Below are positions 1 to 8,371 of a DNA stretch of 26,008 nucleotides, piece by piece (position 1 is the stretch's first letter; every line of letters starts with the position of its first letter). Position numbers and translations under genes: made by a program. This stretch comes from a virus (taxonomy: Duplodnaviria > Caudoviricetes), in the IMG/VR virus record IMGVR_UViG_3300037483_000502, positions 1-26,008 of that record; one strand, written 5' to 3'. The notes under the pieces are model-generated. The model saw nothing but the letters and a program-made list of their open reading frames with translations. It searched no databases and was not told where the DNA came from.

Positions 1-2
1 TC

Positions 3-257
3 GGCAATGCCATCAACCCGAACCCCGAAACGTTGGCGGCCGGGCTCAGAGCTCTCGGCGCGGCGGCTGTTCTGTTCGAGGGCGTTGCGGGCAGGATCGA
101 TACGCTGTTCCGCGCGGCAAAGAACCTCAGGGGCGAGAATGCCGCATTGTCGAACCGCGTTATCCAGCTCGAGGATCAGCTTGCCCATGCGCGCGAGCTG
201 GTTGACAGCCAGAACCGCGAACTCGCTCAGCTCAAGGGCGCGGGCGATGATCAATAA
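3..257 (+). CDS. Hypothetical coiled-coil protein, 5'-truncated by the window edge
   Basis: Frame is open from base 3. Heptad-like C-terminus (LRGENAALSNRVIQLEDQLAHARELVDSQNRELAQLK). Stop overlaps the next gene start at 247. Confidence 0.65.
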   Translation, partial: GNAINPNPETLAAGLRALGAAAVLFEGVAGRIDTLFRAAKNLRGENAALSNRVIQLEDQLAHARELVDSQNRELAQLKGAGDDQ

Positions 258-849
258 CGATCCCATCATCATCGCGCCGCATTTTTCGGATTTCATCGAT
301 ACGCCGCATTTGTTCGGCGATCTGGATCGGCTTCCCGGTCGCAATGGTGAACCGGGCAAGGGGCTGAAAGTGTCCGAGGCTGTTCCGCTCGCCGAGGTAT
401 GGTGGGAAACGAAAGCGCGGTTCTCGATGCCTGACTACGGGAAGCCGCCGGAAAAGCTGGTTGTAAAATCTGGCATCATGCGGGGCTTGCCGTGGTTCAA
501 TCTGGACAAGCAGGAAAAGCTCAGGATCTTGGCTCAGTGGTATGCGAACGTTGCTGTTCATACGATCATCGAGGGGAAATCCAGCTCGCAAGATGGCGAA
601 GCGAAAAACCTCGATGGCATCCGCGAACAGACGCGCGAGATCTTGCCGATCCTCGATACGGATTGCACTCACAAGCGAACAGCGATCGGCGATAACGATA
701 CCCTTGAGCGCGAAACATGGCGCGAGGGGTACGATGAAATCAAGCGAGAGGAACAAGCTCTCGTTGATGCACAGGGCGAGAAACTCAAACCGAAAGAGGA
801 AACCGATGGGAATATTCGGAAAGAAACAGAAAGCGGATCCGGCAACTGA
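247..849 (+). CDS. Hypothetical phage protein (200 aa, MINNDPIII...)
   Basis: ATG at 247 overlaps the previous gene end and the codon usage is phage-like. The upstream 80 aa of the 7..849 ORF look like a shadow of the preceding gene. Confidence 0.7.
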   Translation: MINNDPIIIAPHFSDFIDTPHLFGDLDRLPGRNGEPGKGLKVSEAVPLAEVWWETKARFSMPDYGKPPEKLVVKSGIMRGLPWFNLDKQEKLRILAQWYANVAVHTIIEGKSSSQDGEAKNLDGIREQTREILPILDTDCTHKRTAIGDNDTLERETWREGYDEIKREEQALVDAQGEKLKPKEETDGNIRKETESGSGN

Positions 850-1012
850 TCCCGCAACCGAGGAAGCTGCAAACCCGGGCGAGCCGGGCGCAGAAACCGA
901 GAGCGAGGCGCAAGCGGATCCGGCCGAACAGCCGAAAGATCCCGAGCCCGCAAAAGCTCCGGAGCAATCCGGCGGCTATTTCTCGAACTTCAACAAGTTC
1001 AAGGGGCAATAA
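806..1012 (+). CDS. Small acidic Pro/Ala/Glu-rich protein (68 aa)
   Basis: GAGGA RBS at 796-800 before ATG 806. Low-complexity PATEEA/PAEQP core with an aromatic-basic tail (YFSNFNKFKGQ). Confidence 0.65.
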   Translation: MGIFGKKQKADPATDPATEEAANPGEPGAETESEAQADPAEQPKDPEPAKAPEQSGGYFSNFNKFKGQ

Positions 1013-1016
1013 GCGA

Positions 1017-1592
1017 ATGCCAACCTCGAGCAAGGTCAACAAGGAATGGATTGCCGCGAGGTTCAATGAGCATGTTGCCGATGATGCGCGTATTCTCGAT
1101 GTAGGGCCGGGCAATGGAACGTATAGCGCGTTGCTCGCTCGGCCCTCTCAAACATGGATCGGCGTTGAGGCTTTCGAGCGGTATCTGACCGATTACAATC
1201 TCGCCAAGAAATACGATCAGCTTTTTGTTTCTGATATCCGGCGGTTCCATTACGCCGAGCTTGCCATCGATGCCGTGATATTCGGCGATGTGCTCGAGCA
1301 TATGGATCAGCGCGAGGCGTTCGAGTGCGTTCGCTATGCCCTGCAATACGCCGATGATGTTTTTATATCCTGCCCGATCGGGCGCGTTCCTCAGGGGGCG
1401 GCATTCGGCAACGAATTTGAGCGGCATCGCCATGATTGGGATCATGCCGCATTTCTGGAATTATTCTCGGATCATATCGCCGATAGCATTACGGCGCGCG
1501 ATCCATCCATGCGAAACATCGAAATGGGGGCTTACCATCTCAAGAGCGAACGAAATAACAATCTCGGCGGTATTCAAGAGCGGAAATCCTGA
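1017..1592 (+). CDS. Class I SAM-dependent methyltransferase (glycan/small-molecule type)
   Basis: Motif I ILDVGPGNG, motif II WIGVE, and DAVIFGDVLEH. No DPPY/NPPY or PC DNA-methyltransferase motif. Confidence 0.85.
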   Translation: MPTSSKVNKEWIAARFNEHVADDARILDVGPGNGTYSALLARPSQTWIGVEAFERYLTDYNLAKKYDQLFVSDIRRFHYAELAIDAVIFGDVLEHMDQREAFECVRYALQYADDVFISCPIGRVPQGAAFGNEFERHRHDWDHAAFLELFSDHIADSITARDPSMRNIEMGAYHLKSERNNNLGGIQERKS

Positions 1593-2214
1593 TCCGGCAT
1601 CGCCATATCGCGGCAAGTATCGGCCTCAGTGCGTTCCCGCGCTGTTCAATCAGATACGCCGCAACCTTTCCCGCCCTGCCCGCTATGTTGTCCTGAGCGA
1701 TCAGGATATCCCCGGCGTTGAAACGATCCCCCTCGTGCATGGATGGCGTGGATGGTGGAGCAAGATCGAGCTGTTTCGCCCGGGCCTGTTCGATGGCCCT
1801 GTTCTGTTTCTGGATCTCGATACGTTCGTAAACAAACCGATCGATCTGCTTTGCGATGTTGAGGGCGATTTCATCATGCTGAGGGATTTCGGCAAGCCTG
1901 ACGTTCCGGCGAGCGGTGTCATGCGGTTCGAGGGCGATTACTCGGCGATCTATTCCGATTTCCTGAGGCGCGGCGATGATGCGATGCAGAACTTTGGGCG
2001 ATCAGGTTGCATCGGCGATCAGGCATTCATTTCGCGGATCGTGAAAGATCCTGTATTCTGGCAGGACGTAACGCCCGATGGATTTTTCAAATCATTCAAG
2101 AAGGGCGGGCGGGGGCAAGATCTGCTCGAAACCCCGGTTGTTTGCTTTCATGGCGATCCTAAGCCGTGGGATGGCGGCGATTGGATACAGCATCATTGGG
2201 AAAAGCAGCTATGA
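1555..2214 (+). CDS. GT-A fold (GT8-like) glycosyltransferase; start codon uncertain
   Basis: WWSKIELF, VLFLDLDT (DxD), SGVM, GDQAFI and VVCFHGDPKPW motifs. The homologous-looking N-terminus ITISAVFKSG begins at ATA 1555, with no nearby in-frame ATG. Confidence 0.8.
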   Translation: MTISAVFKSGNPDPASPYRGKYRPQCVPALFNQIRRNLSRPARYVVLSDQDIPGVETIPLVHGWRGWWSKIELFRPGLFDGPVLFLDLDTFVNKPIDLLCDVEGDFIMLRDFGKPDVPASGVMRFEGDYSAIYSDFLRRGDDAMQNFGRSGCIGDQAFISRIVKDPVFWQDVTPDGFFKSFKKGGRGQDLLETPVVCFHGDPKPWDGGDWIQHHWEKQL

Positions 2215-3797
2215 GCGAGTGCATCAACATCGATTTCAGAAACAGCCCGAGCGTGTATCGCGCGCTCATCTCGAACGCATCGTTCGCCGGGATCATGGGG
2301 CCAGTGGGATCAGGGAAATCGCATGGGTGCTCAGGCTGGATCATGGCTCACGCCGATAAGCAAAGGGTTCAAAAGGACGGATACAAGCGATCCCGATATG
2401 CCGTGATCCGGAACACTGGCCCGGAACTGAAATCGACAACGCTCAAAACATTTACGGCGATCTATCCCGAGGGGCCGCATGGCCGCCCGGTGTTCTCGGC
2501 TCCGATAACGTATCGCATCAAGTTCCCGCCGCGCGGTGGGCATCCGGGCATCGATTGCGAGGTAATCTTTCTCGCGCTGGATAACGTGCAGGACGTTCGG
2601 AAATTGCTTTCGCTGGAATTGACAGGGGGATGGGTCAACGAGGGCCGCGAGGTTGTTCGGCCCGTTGTCGATGCCCTGATCGGCCGTATCGGGCGGTATC
2701 CATCAATGGCCGATGGGGGATGCGTTGATCCTCAGGTTCTCAGCGATACGAACGCGCCGGATGAGGATAGCTGGTGGTATGACCGTTTCGAGAATAACGC
2801 GATGCCGCAAAAGTTCCGCTTGCCCGATGGCCGCGAGATCGATCTTACGAACAGGCTGTTCCGTCAACCGCCCGCCGTTCTCGAGCTGAAAGAAATATCG
2901 GGGGGAAGGTTCGAGAGCCACGAGCGGGGCTATGAGTTCATTTACGATAAGGCCGAGGTGATCCATGCGGCGGGCAAGTTCTGGGGCATCAACCCGGCGG
3001 CCGAGAATTTGCCGAACTTGGATCCGGCGTACTATGCGCGCCAGCTCGTAGGGGCGAACCTGAAATACATCGAGGTTATGCTCCAAGCGAAATACGGGTT
3101 CTTTCAGATCGGGCGGCCAGTGATCCCCGAGTTCAATCACGATTTACAGGTTGCCGATATCCCGGTTCTGAAAGATCTGCCCCTCAAGATCGGCATCGAT
3201 ATCGGGGGCGGTACGTTGCAACCCGCCGCGATCATCGGGCAAAGGCATCCGCGCGGCAACTGGCTGGCTCATTCGGAATGTATCGGGATGGAAATGGGCG
3301 TTGAGAATTTCGCCCGCGTTCTGAAACAGCATATCAGCGAGAAATACCCGGGCATGGAGATCGAGGCCGTGATACTGGATCCGGCCGCCGAACAGCGCGA
3401 TCAGTTGTTCGAGAATAAAATCGTTGAATATCTGAGGGCGAAAGGGTTCCCCACGAGATGCGCCATGACGAACGATTGGCGGGTACGGCGGCAAGCGATC
3501 GCGGATCCATGCGGCCGCCTGATCGATGGCAAGGCCGGATTGCTGGTATCGAAAACGGGATGCCCGAAACTGATCAACGGCCTCAAAGGGAAATGGGATT
3601 TCAAAAAGCTGCAAACGATCGGAACCGAGGCATTCTCAGAAACCCCGAGCAAGAACGAATATTCGCATCCTTGCGAGGCTCTCGGGTATCTCTTGCTCGG
3701 CGGTGGCGAAGCTCAGCCCATGAAAACGAACAGAACCCCGGCGCAACAAAAGGCTTTTTCAGGTGGCTTTCAAGCAAAACAGAATTTCAATATCTGA
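2211..3797 (+). CDS. terL: Terminase large subunit
   Basis: Walker A GPVGSGKS, Walker B-like LELTGGWVNE, coupling motif DTN, RNase H-like nuclease (IGIDIG...ILDPA...SHPCEALGY). ATGA overlap with the GT stop. Confidence 0.93.
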   Translation: MSECINIDFRNSPSVYRALISNASFAGIMGPVGSGKSHGCSGWIMAHADKQRVQKDGYKRSRYAVIRNTGPELKSTTLKTFTAIYPEGPHGRPVFSAPITYRIKFPPRGGHPGIDCEVIFLALDNVQDVRKLLSLELTGGWVNEGREVVRPVVDALIGRIGRYPSMADGGCVDPQVLSDTNAPDEDSWWYDRFENNAMPQKFRLPDGREIDLTNRLFRQPPAVLELKEISGGRFESHERGYEFIYDKAEVIHAAGKFWGINPAAENLPNLDPAYYARQLVGANLKYIEVMLQAKYGFFQIGRPVIPEFNHDLQVADIPVLKDLPLKIGIDIGGGTLQPAAIIGQRHPRGNWLAHSECIGMEMGVENFARVLKQHISEKYPGMEIEAVILDPAAEQRDQLFENKIVEYLRAKGFPTRCAMTNDWRVRRQAIADPCGRLIDGKAGLLVSKTGCPKLINGLKGKWDFKKLQTIGTEAFSETPSKNEYSHPCEALGYLLLGGGEAQPMKTNRTPAQQKAFSGGFQAKQNFNI

Positions 3798-4173
3798 TCC
3801 CGGCGTTTCGTGGTGGATCGTTTTCAAGGATGTTCCGCATCCGGTGATCAAGCGGGTATTGCGGCCGGGCAAACAGCACGTTTTCGCAGTAACGCGGATG
3901 CACAATCTCACATTGGCGATCGATCCCCTGCTCGGCGCGGTGAACCATATCCTCACGGATGCCGATCTTGCCGAGATCTTGGCCGAGCACAAACAGGCCG
4001 GGCATACGGTTGTTCATTTTCGCCATGCCCCTGAGAGCCGCCGTTTCGTATGGCGCGGGCCAGTGATCACTTGCGCGAGCTATGTCGCCTATACGATCGG
4101 GATCGGGTTCTTTGGGGTTACGGCGTGGCAGCTTTACCGGAAACTCATGGCAATGGGGGGCGAGGAAATATGA
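3763..4173 (+). CDS. Hypothetical protein, possible circularly permuted papain-like (NlpC/P60) fold
   Basis: N-terminal QHVFAV His and C-terminal TCASYVA...G...TAWQLYRKL Cys motif. Overlaps the terL end; GTG start uncertain. Confidence 0.6.
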   Translation: MAFKQNRISISDPGVSWWIVFKDVPHPVIKRVLRPGKQHVFAVTRMHNLTLAIDPLLGAVNHILTDADLAEILAEHKQAGHTVVHFRHAPESRRFVWRGPVITCASYVAYTIGIGFFGVTAWQLYRKLMAMGGEEI

Positions 4174-4634
4174 TCATCGATAAATGGGATCGGGAAGTTA
4201 TCAACAAGCTATTGGATCTGTACGAGGAATTTCTTGCCGAAACGCAATTTCCTGTAACGGCGAACCGGGCAAAGGCGCGCGATCGGTTCTTTTACGCGAT
4301 CAATGATCCGGATGGGGTGATCATTGCGGCGTTCGATGAGGATGGCTCGATCATGGGCGGGGCCGTGGCCTATGCCGTGGCCGATTGGCAAGATGAGGTT
4401 TTCGGGTATGTCGAGAAATTCTTTGTGTCGCCGCGCGCGCGGGGCAAGGGGGCGGGCAGGATGATCGCCGATGAGCTTTCGCGCTGGTTTGACGAAAAGA
4501 GCGCAATGTTTTCATTCGCAACCTCAACCGCCAATATCGGGCAGAATAGACAATTCGAGAATTTGATGGCAAAGTATGGGTATCGAACTTTGGGGCCAAC
4601 TCTGGCAAGGGAAATCAGTCATGGGAAAATTTAA
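4170..4634 (+). CDS. GNAT-family acetyltransferase
   Basis: Acetyl-CoA motif A FFVSPRARGKGAG and C-terminal LMAKYGY. GAGG RBS; ATGA overlap with the previous gene. Confidence 0.85.
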   Translation: MIIDKWDREVINKLLDLYEEFLAETQFPVTANRAKARDRFFYAINDPDGVIIAAFDEDGSIMGGAVAYAVADWQDEVFGYVEKFFVSPRARGKGAGRMIADELSRWFDEKSAMFSFATSTANIGQNRQFENLMAKYGYRTLGPTLAREISHGKI

Positions 4635-4863
4635 GCCATCAACGCCGAAAGCAACAGGGCCAACGGCCGAACAGCTCGCGGCGCAAAAGGAAAGCGAACG
4701 CCGGGCGAAGGAAGCCGAAACGAACGCGAATAAAGAGCTCAGCTCATCCGCTCGCTTTGCAACCAACCGCCGGACAGGTCGCCGCTTGCTATTGGCTCCG
4801 GGCCGCGAGGATGAGATTGCTCAGCTCGGCGGTGGATCAGGCGCAACGGGCGGCAATTTCTAA
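4621..4863 (+). CDS. Small basic virion-associated protein upstream of the portal
   Basis: MGKFKPSTPK...RRTGRRLLL...LGGG pattern and a position typical of small pre-portal proteins in podoviruses. Confidence 0.65.
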   Translation: MGKFKPSTPKATGPTAEQLAAQKESERRAKEAETNANKELSSSARFATNRRTGRRLLLAPGREDEIAQLGGGSGATGGNF

Positions 4864-4875
4864 AAGGGGAACGGC

Positions 4876-6471
4876 ATGGGCATTCCGGTTAAGACGGTTC
4901 GGAAACGGGCCGATAAAGCATTCGAGGAAAAGGACAACAGCCGGGGATTGCTCGAGGATGCCTATCGCTATGCGTTGCCTCAGCGAAATCTTTATTCTCA
5001 GGATACGCCGGGCAATCAGAAAAACGCCCATTTGTTCGAGAGTACGTTGCTCGTATCAACGCGGAAATCGGCGAACAAATTCGTAAACCTCATGTTCCCG
5101 GCGTTTCAAAATTGGGTGCAGATCAAGGCCGGGCCGAAATGGGAAGCGAACAAAGATTTCAAGAACAAGCTGAATAAACAGCTCCAAGATATCAACGAGC
5201 AGATGTTCGATATCATCCATCATCGCTCAAACTTTCAAAACGCCATCGGAGAATTTACCCTCGATATGATGATCTCGAACGGGATCCTCACAACGCAAAA
5301 GGGAAATATCCGCGAGCCTGTAAATTATCAGGCTGTTCCGCAAATGGAGGTCGCCGTTGAGATCGGGCCGCATGGTACGAACGGCGGTGTATTCCGCAAG
5401 TTCTCGCTCGCGGTCGGATTGATCGAGGCAACATGGCCGGATGCCAAGCTCACGAAAGATATGCTCGATGCAAAGAAGGGCGATGAGAGCAAAAAGTTCC
5501 AGCTCATCGAGGCTCTGTATCATAACTACGATACCGATGAGATCTTTTATGATGTGATCATTCCAGATGGCAACGCCCGCATCGTTGAGCGCAAGCTCCG
5601 GCGGTTCCCGTACATTATCGGCCGCATGATGCGCGCGGCGAACGAGGCGAACGGGCGCGGCCCGGTGCTCGATGCCCTGCCCGATGCGAAAACGATCAAT
5701 AAGCTGGTTGAGCTCACGCTGAAAAACGCAACGCTCGCCGTATCCGGTGTTTATACCGTTGTCGATGATGGGGTAATCAATCCCGATAACGTGCAGATCA
5801 GCCCGCTCAGCTTTATTCCGGTCGCGCGCAATGCCGGGCATCCGGCGGGGCCATCGATCGCGCCGCTTGGCAGATCCGGCGATTTCGATGTTTCGTATCT
5901 CGAGCAAGAGCGTTTGCAGGACAGCATTCGCAAAACGATGATGGATAACGAATTGCCCCCGTTGACAGGCCAGCCGAGAACGGCGGCCGAGATTATCTCG
6001 CGGCTCAGGCAGTTCGCCGATGATCATGGCGCAACATACGGCCGGATCGTGCGCGATGTTGTAACGCCAACCGTGGCGAACACGCTGGACATTCTCGCCC
6101 ATGATTGGGGCATGATCGAAATGCCCGTTGATCCGCAGGGCAAGCCCATGAGCATCGATGGCGAAAATCTTAGCCTCACGATCACAAGCCCTCTCGCGCA
6201 ACAGCAACAGCTCAACGAAATCGAGAACATCACTCAGGCGATCGAGATCAGCCGCGCATTGTTCGGGCCGCAAATTACGGCTCTGAGCTTCAAGCTCCAA
6301 GAGATCCCGGCGCATATTGCCCGCAAGCTCGGCGTTGATGAGGATCTGATCGCCGATGAAACAACCAGAGCCAAGGCGTTCGAGAACGCTACGGAGCTCG
6401 TTGCGGGTGTCGAGGGTAATAATCCGGGTGCGGGGCTCGGACTGGTAAACCAAGCCTTGCAATCCCGATAA
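4876..6471 (+). CDS. Portal (head-to-tail connector) protein
   Basis: 531 aa. YALPQR, GRGPVLDALPDAKTIN, RTAAEI and ITSPLAQQQ motifs of T7/BPP-1-type connectors; synteny. Confidence 0.92.
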   Translation: MGIPVKTVRKRADKAFEEKDNSRGLLEDAYRYALPQRNLYSQDTPGNQKNAHLFESTLLVSTRKSANKFVNLMFPAFQNWVQIKAGPKWEANKDFKNKLNKQLQDINEQMFDIIHHRSNFQNAIGEFTLDMMISNGILTTQKGNIREPVNYQAVPQMEVAVEIGPHGTNGGVFRKFSLAVGLIEATWPDAKLTKDMLDAKKGDESKKFQLIEALYHNYDTDEIFYDVIIPDGNARIVERKLRRFPYIIGRMMRAANEANGRGPVLDALPDAKTINKLVELTLKNATLAVSGVYTVVDDGVINPDNVQISPLSFIPVARNAGHPAGPSIAPLGRSGDFDVSYLEQERLQDSIRKTMMDNELPPLTGQPRTAAEIISRLRQFADDHGATYGRIVRDVVTPTVANTLDILAHDWGMIEMPVDPQGKPMSIDGENLSLTITSPLAQQQQLNEIENITQAIEISRALFGPQITALSFKLQEIPAHIARKLGVDEDLIADETTRAKAFENATELVAGVEGNNPGAGLGLVNQALQSR

Positions 6472-6498
6472 GCAAGAGAAAACAGAGCGAGAGAAAAA

Positions 6499-6987
6499 AT
6501 GAACTTACAAGAAAAGGCAGAGATCCCCGATATTGCGGATCTCGAACAGAAACAGCCAACCGATCACACGCCGAAAGGCATCCCCCTACAAGAGATAAAC
6601 GCCCGCCCGCCGAACTTCGAGGCGATCGCGGCCGTGTTCCCGGGTGCTCATGGCGAGGGCGTGATATTCGCTTACGGCAATGCGATCTATAATCCGAACA
6701 ATACCGAGATCCCGCCGTACCTTTGGGCGCATGAGCGCGTTCATTGCGAGCGGCAACTCGATATCGGCGTTGAGGTATGGTGGGATCGATATCTTACCGA
6801 TGGGCATTTTCGCTATAACGAGGAATTGCTCGCTCATCGCGCCGAGTGGAAATCGATGAAAGACAACATTCCGAACCGCCAGCAACGGCGGCAAATGCTC
6901 AAGCTCTTGGCTGATAGGTTGGCGCATCCGCTTTATGGGCGTATGGTGTCTAAGGAAAAAGCATTGCGCGATATCAGGGGGTTCTAA
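6499..6987 (+). CDS. HExxH zincin-like hypothetical protein
   Basis: LWAHERVHCERQ with a downstream Glu in RYNEELLAH. Purine-rich RBS region. Confidence 0.65.
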   Translation: MNLQEKAEIPDIADLEQKQPTDHTPKGIPLQEINARPPNFEAIAAVFPGAHGEGVIFAYGNAIYNPNNTEIPPYLWAHERVHCERQLDIGVEVWWDRYLTDGHFRYNEELLAHRAEWKSMKDNIPNRQQRRQMLKLLADRLAHPLYGRMVSKEKALRDIRGF

Positions 6988-7340
6988 TGAGCGAGCATTC
7001 AACAGATCCGATCCCGAACATCCCGGCCGATGGTTGGGATTGGTTCGAGAAACAGGAAACAGAAGCGAAAACCATCATGGAACATCGCCTCGGCATGAGC
7101 ATCGATGAGATCGCCATGAATTTCCGCAAGTGTTTTTCAACCCCCGCCGGGCAAGTCGTTTTGCAGTACATGGATATCTTTGCGAACGATGTACGGGATT
7201 TCGATCCTAACCTCGGGTTCTATAACGGGGCAGCATTCGGCTTTTGGCGATCCGGTCAAAAGTCATTCATGGCGATGATCAAGACGTTCTTGCATCGCAA
7301 ACCACAACCTAAAACCAGAGCGAAAGGAAAAACTCAATGA
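6987..7340 (+). CDS. Bbp19-like phage head protein
   Basis: CFSTPAGQVVLQYM...GQKS pattern, located between portal and scaffold. TAATG overlap. Confidence 0.65.
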   Translation: MSEHSTDPIPNIPADGWDWFEKQETEAKTIMEHRLGMSIDEIAMNFRKCFSTPAGQVVLQYMDIFANDVRDFDPNLGFYNGAAFGFWRSGQKSFMAMIKTFLHRKPQPKTRAKGKTQ

Positions 7341-8293
7341 GCCTGTTTTTGAAACAATTCGGATTTTATCCACAACTTTGTATGAGCCCCGCCGATGATG
7401 ATGGATCGGGCGGCGGTGGATCCGGGGGAGATGATGGCGATGCCGATAAGGGCGGCGATTATCAGGGCGGCTCCGGCGATGATGGCGGCGATAAAAAAGG
7501 CGGCCTGATCGACAAAGACAAGATCATGGGCAAAGGCGAGGGCGATAAAGATCCCGATCCGGATGCCGATAAGGACAAGGGCAAAAAGGCCGAGCGGCCT
7601 GAGCATATCCCCGAGAAGTTCTGGGATCCTGAAAAGGGCGAGATCCGTCATGAGGCGATGGCAAAGGCTTATCAGGATCTCGAAAAGAAGCTCGGGAACA
7701 ACAAGAAAGCCCCGGACGATTACAAGATCGAGCTCGATGATGATCTCAAAAAGCTCTTTCAGGCCGATAAGGTCGAGAGCGATCCCATGCTCAAATGGTT
7801 CAAGGATTACGCGAAATCTAATAATTTCACGCAAGAGATGTTCAACGATGCCCTCAAGGGTTTCGGCAAAACGGCGGGCGATTTCCTGAAAGGCGAGGGC
7901 GCGCCGCCGCCGATGCCGGATGCGAAAGAGGAACTCGGCAAGCTCGGGAAAAACGGGCAAGCTATTGTTGATAATCAAGTTGAGTTCCTTTCCGGGCTGT
8001 TCAAGCGGGGCGAGCTCAACGAGGGGCAAATGCAAGAGATCCTGATCCTCACGGAAACGGCGGCCGGGATCCAAGCCCTGCAAGCCATCCGGAAACATTA
8101 CGGCGAGGCGCAGAACATCCCGCTCGATCTGAAAGCCGATGGCGGCGTTAAATCGGCCGATGAGCTGAGAACGATGCAAGCCGATAAGCGGTATGGCGCG
8201 GATAAGGAATATACGGATATGGTCGATAAGGAATACGAGCGGAAATACGGCAATGGGAAATCGGGCGAGAGCCAAAGATCCCCCCTGTATTAA
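7337..8293 (+). CDS. Capsid scaffolding/assembly protein
   Basis: Gly/Asp-rich N-terminus, RPEHIPEKFWD and AKAYQDLEKKLG motifs; directly upstream of the capsid gene. Confidence 0.85.
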   Translation: MSLFLKQFGFYPQLCMSPADDDGSGGGGSGGDDGDADKGGDYQGGSGDDGGDKKGGLIDKDKIMGKGEGDKDPDPDADKDKGKKAERPEHIPEKFWDPEKGEIRHEAMAKAYQDLEKKLGNNKKAPDDYKIELDDDLKKLFQADKVESDPMLKWFKDYAKSNNFTQEMFNDALKGFGKTAGDFLKGEGAPPPMPDAKEELGKLGKNGQAIVDNQVEFLSGLFKRGELNEGQMQEILILTETAAGIQALQAIRKHYGEAQNIPLDLKADGGVKSADELRTMQADKRYGADKEYTDMVDKEYERKYGNGKSGESQRSPLY

Positions 8294-8325
8294 AACCCGT
8301 TTTCTTTCCCCACGGATAACTCAAG

Positions 8326-8357
8326 AGCCCCCCTGTTTGACAAGGGGGCTTTTTTTT
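8326..8357 (+). terminator. Rho-independent terminator after the scaffold gene
   Basis: AGCCCCC (8326-8332) pairs with GGGGGCT (8344-8350), followed by a T run to 8357. Confidence 0.8.
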
Positions 8358-8365
8358 GAGATATT
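8337..8365 (+). promoter_or_regulatory. Sigma70-type promoter for the capsid transcript
   Basis: Perfect TTGACA (8337-8342), 17-nt spacer, GATATT (8360-8365). Confidence 0.6.
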
Positions 8366-8371
8366 TGCATT

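Noticed and set aside
7-246. N-terminal 80 aa of the 7..849 ORF
   Set aside because: Arg/Ser-rich out-of-frame read of the coiled-coil gene; ATG 247 is the better start.
1017-1592. Methyltransferase as a DNA methyltransferase explaining the GATC bias
   Set aside because: Lacks DPPY/NPPY or PC catalytic motifs; DVLEH is typical of small-molecule or glycan methyltransferases.
2780-3000. Intein or intron in terL
   Set aside because: Continuous ORF of normal size, with no intein terminal motifs or homing endonuclease signature.
5227-6462. 411-aa antisense ORF opposite the portal; similar ones at 7334-8275, 17597-19162 and 20034-21269
   Set aside because: Codon-aligned shadows of real + strand genes, arising from scarce TTA/CTA/TCA codons; no recognisable motifs.
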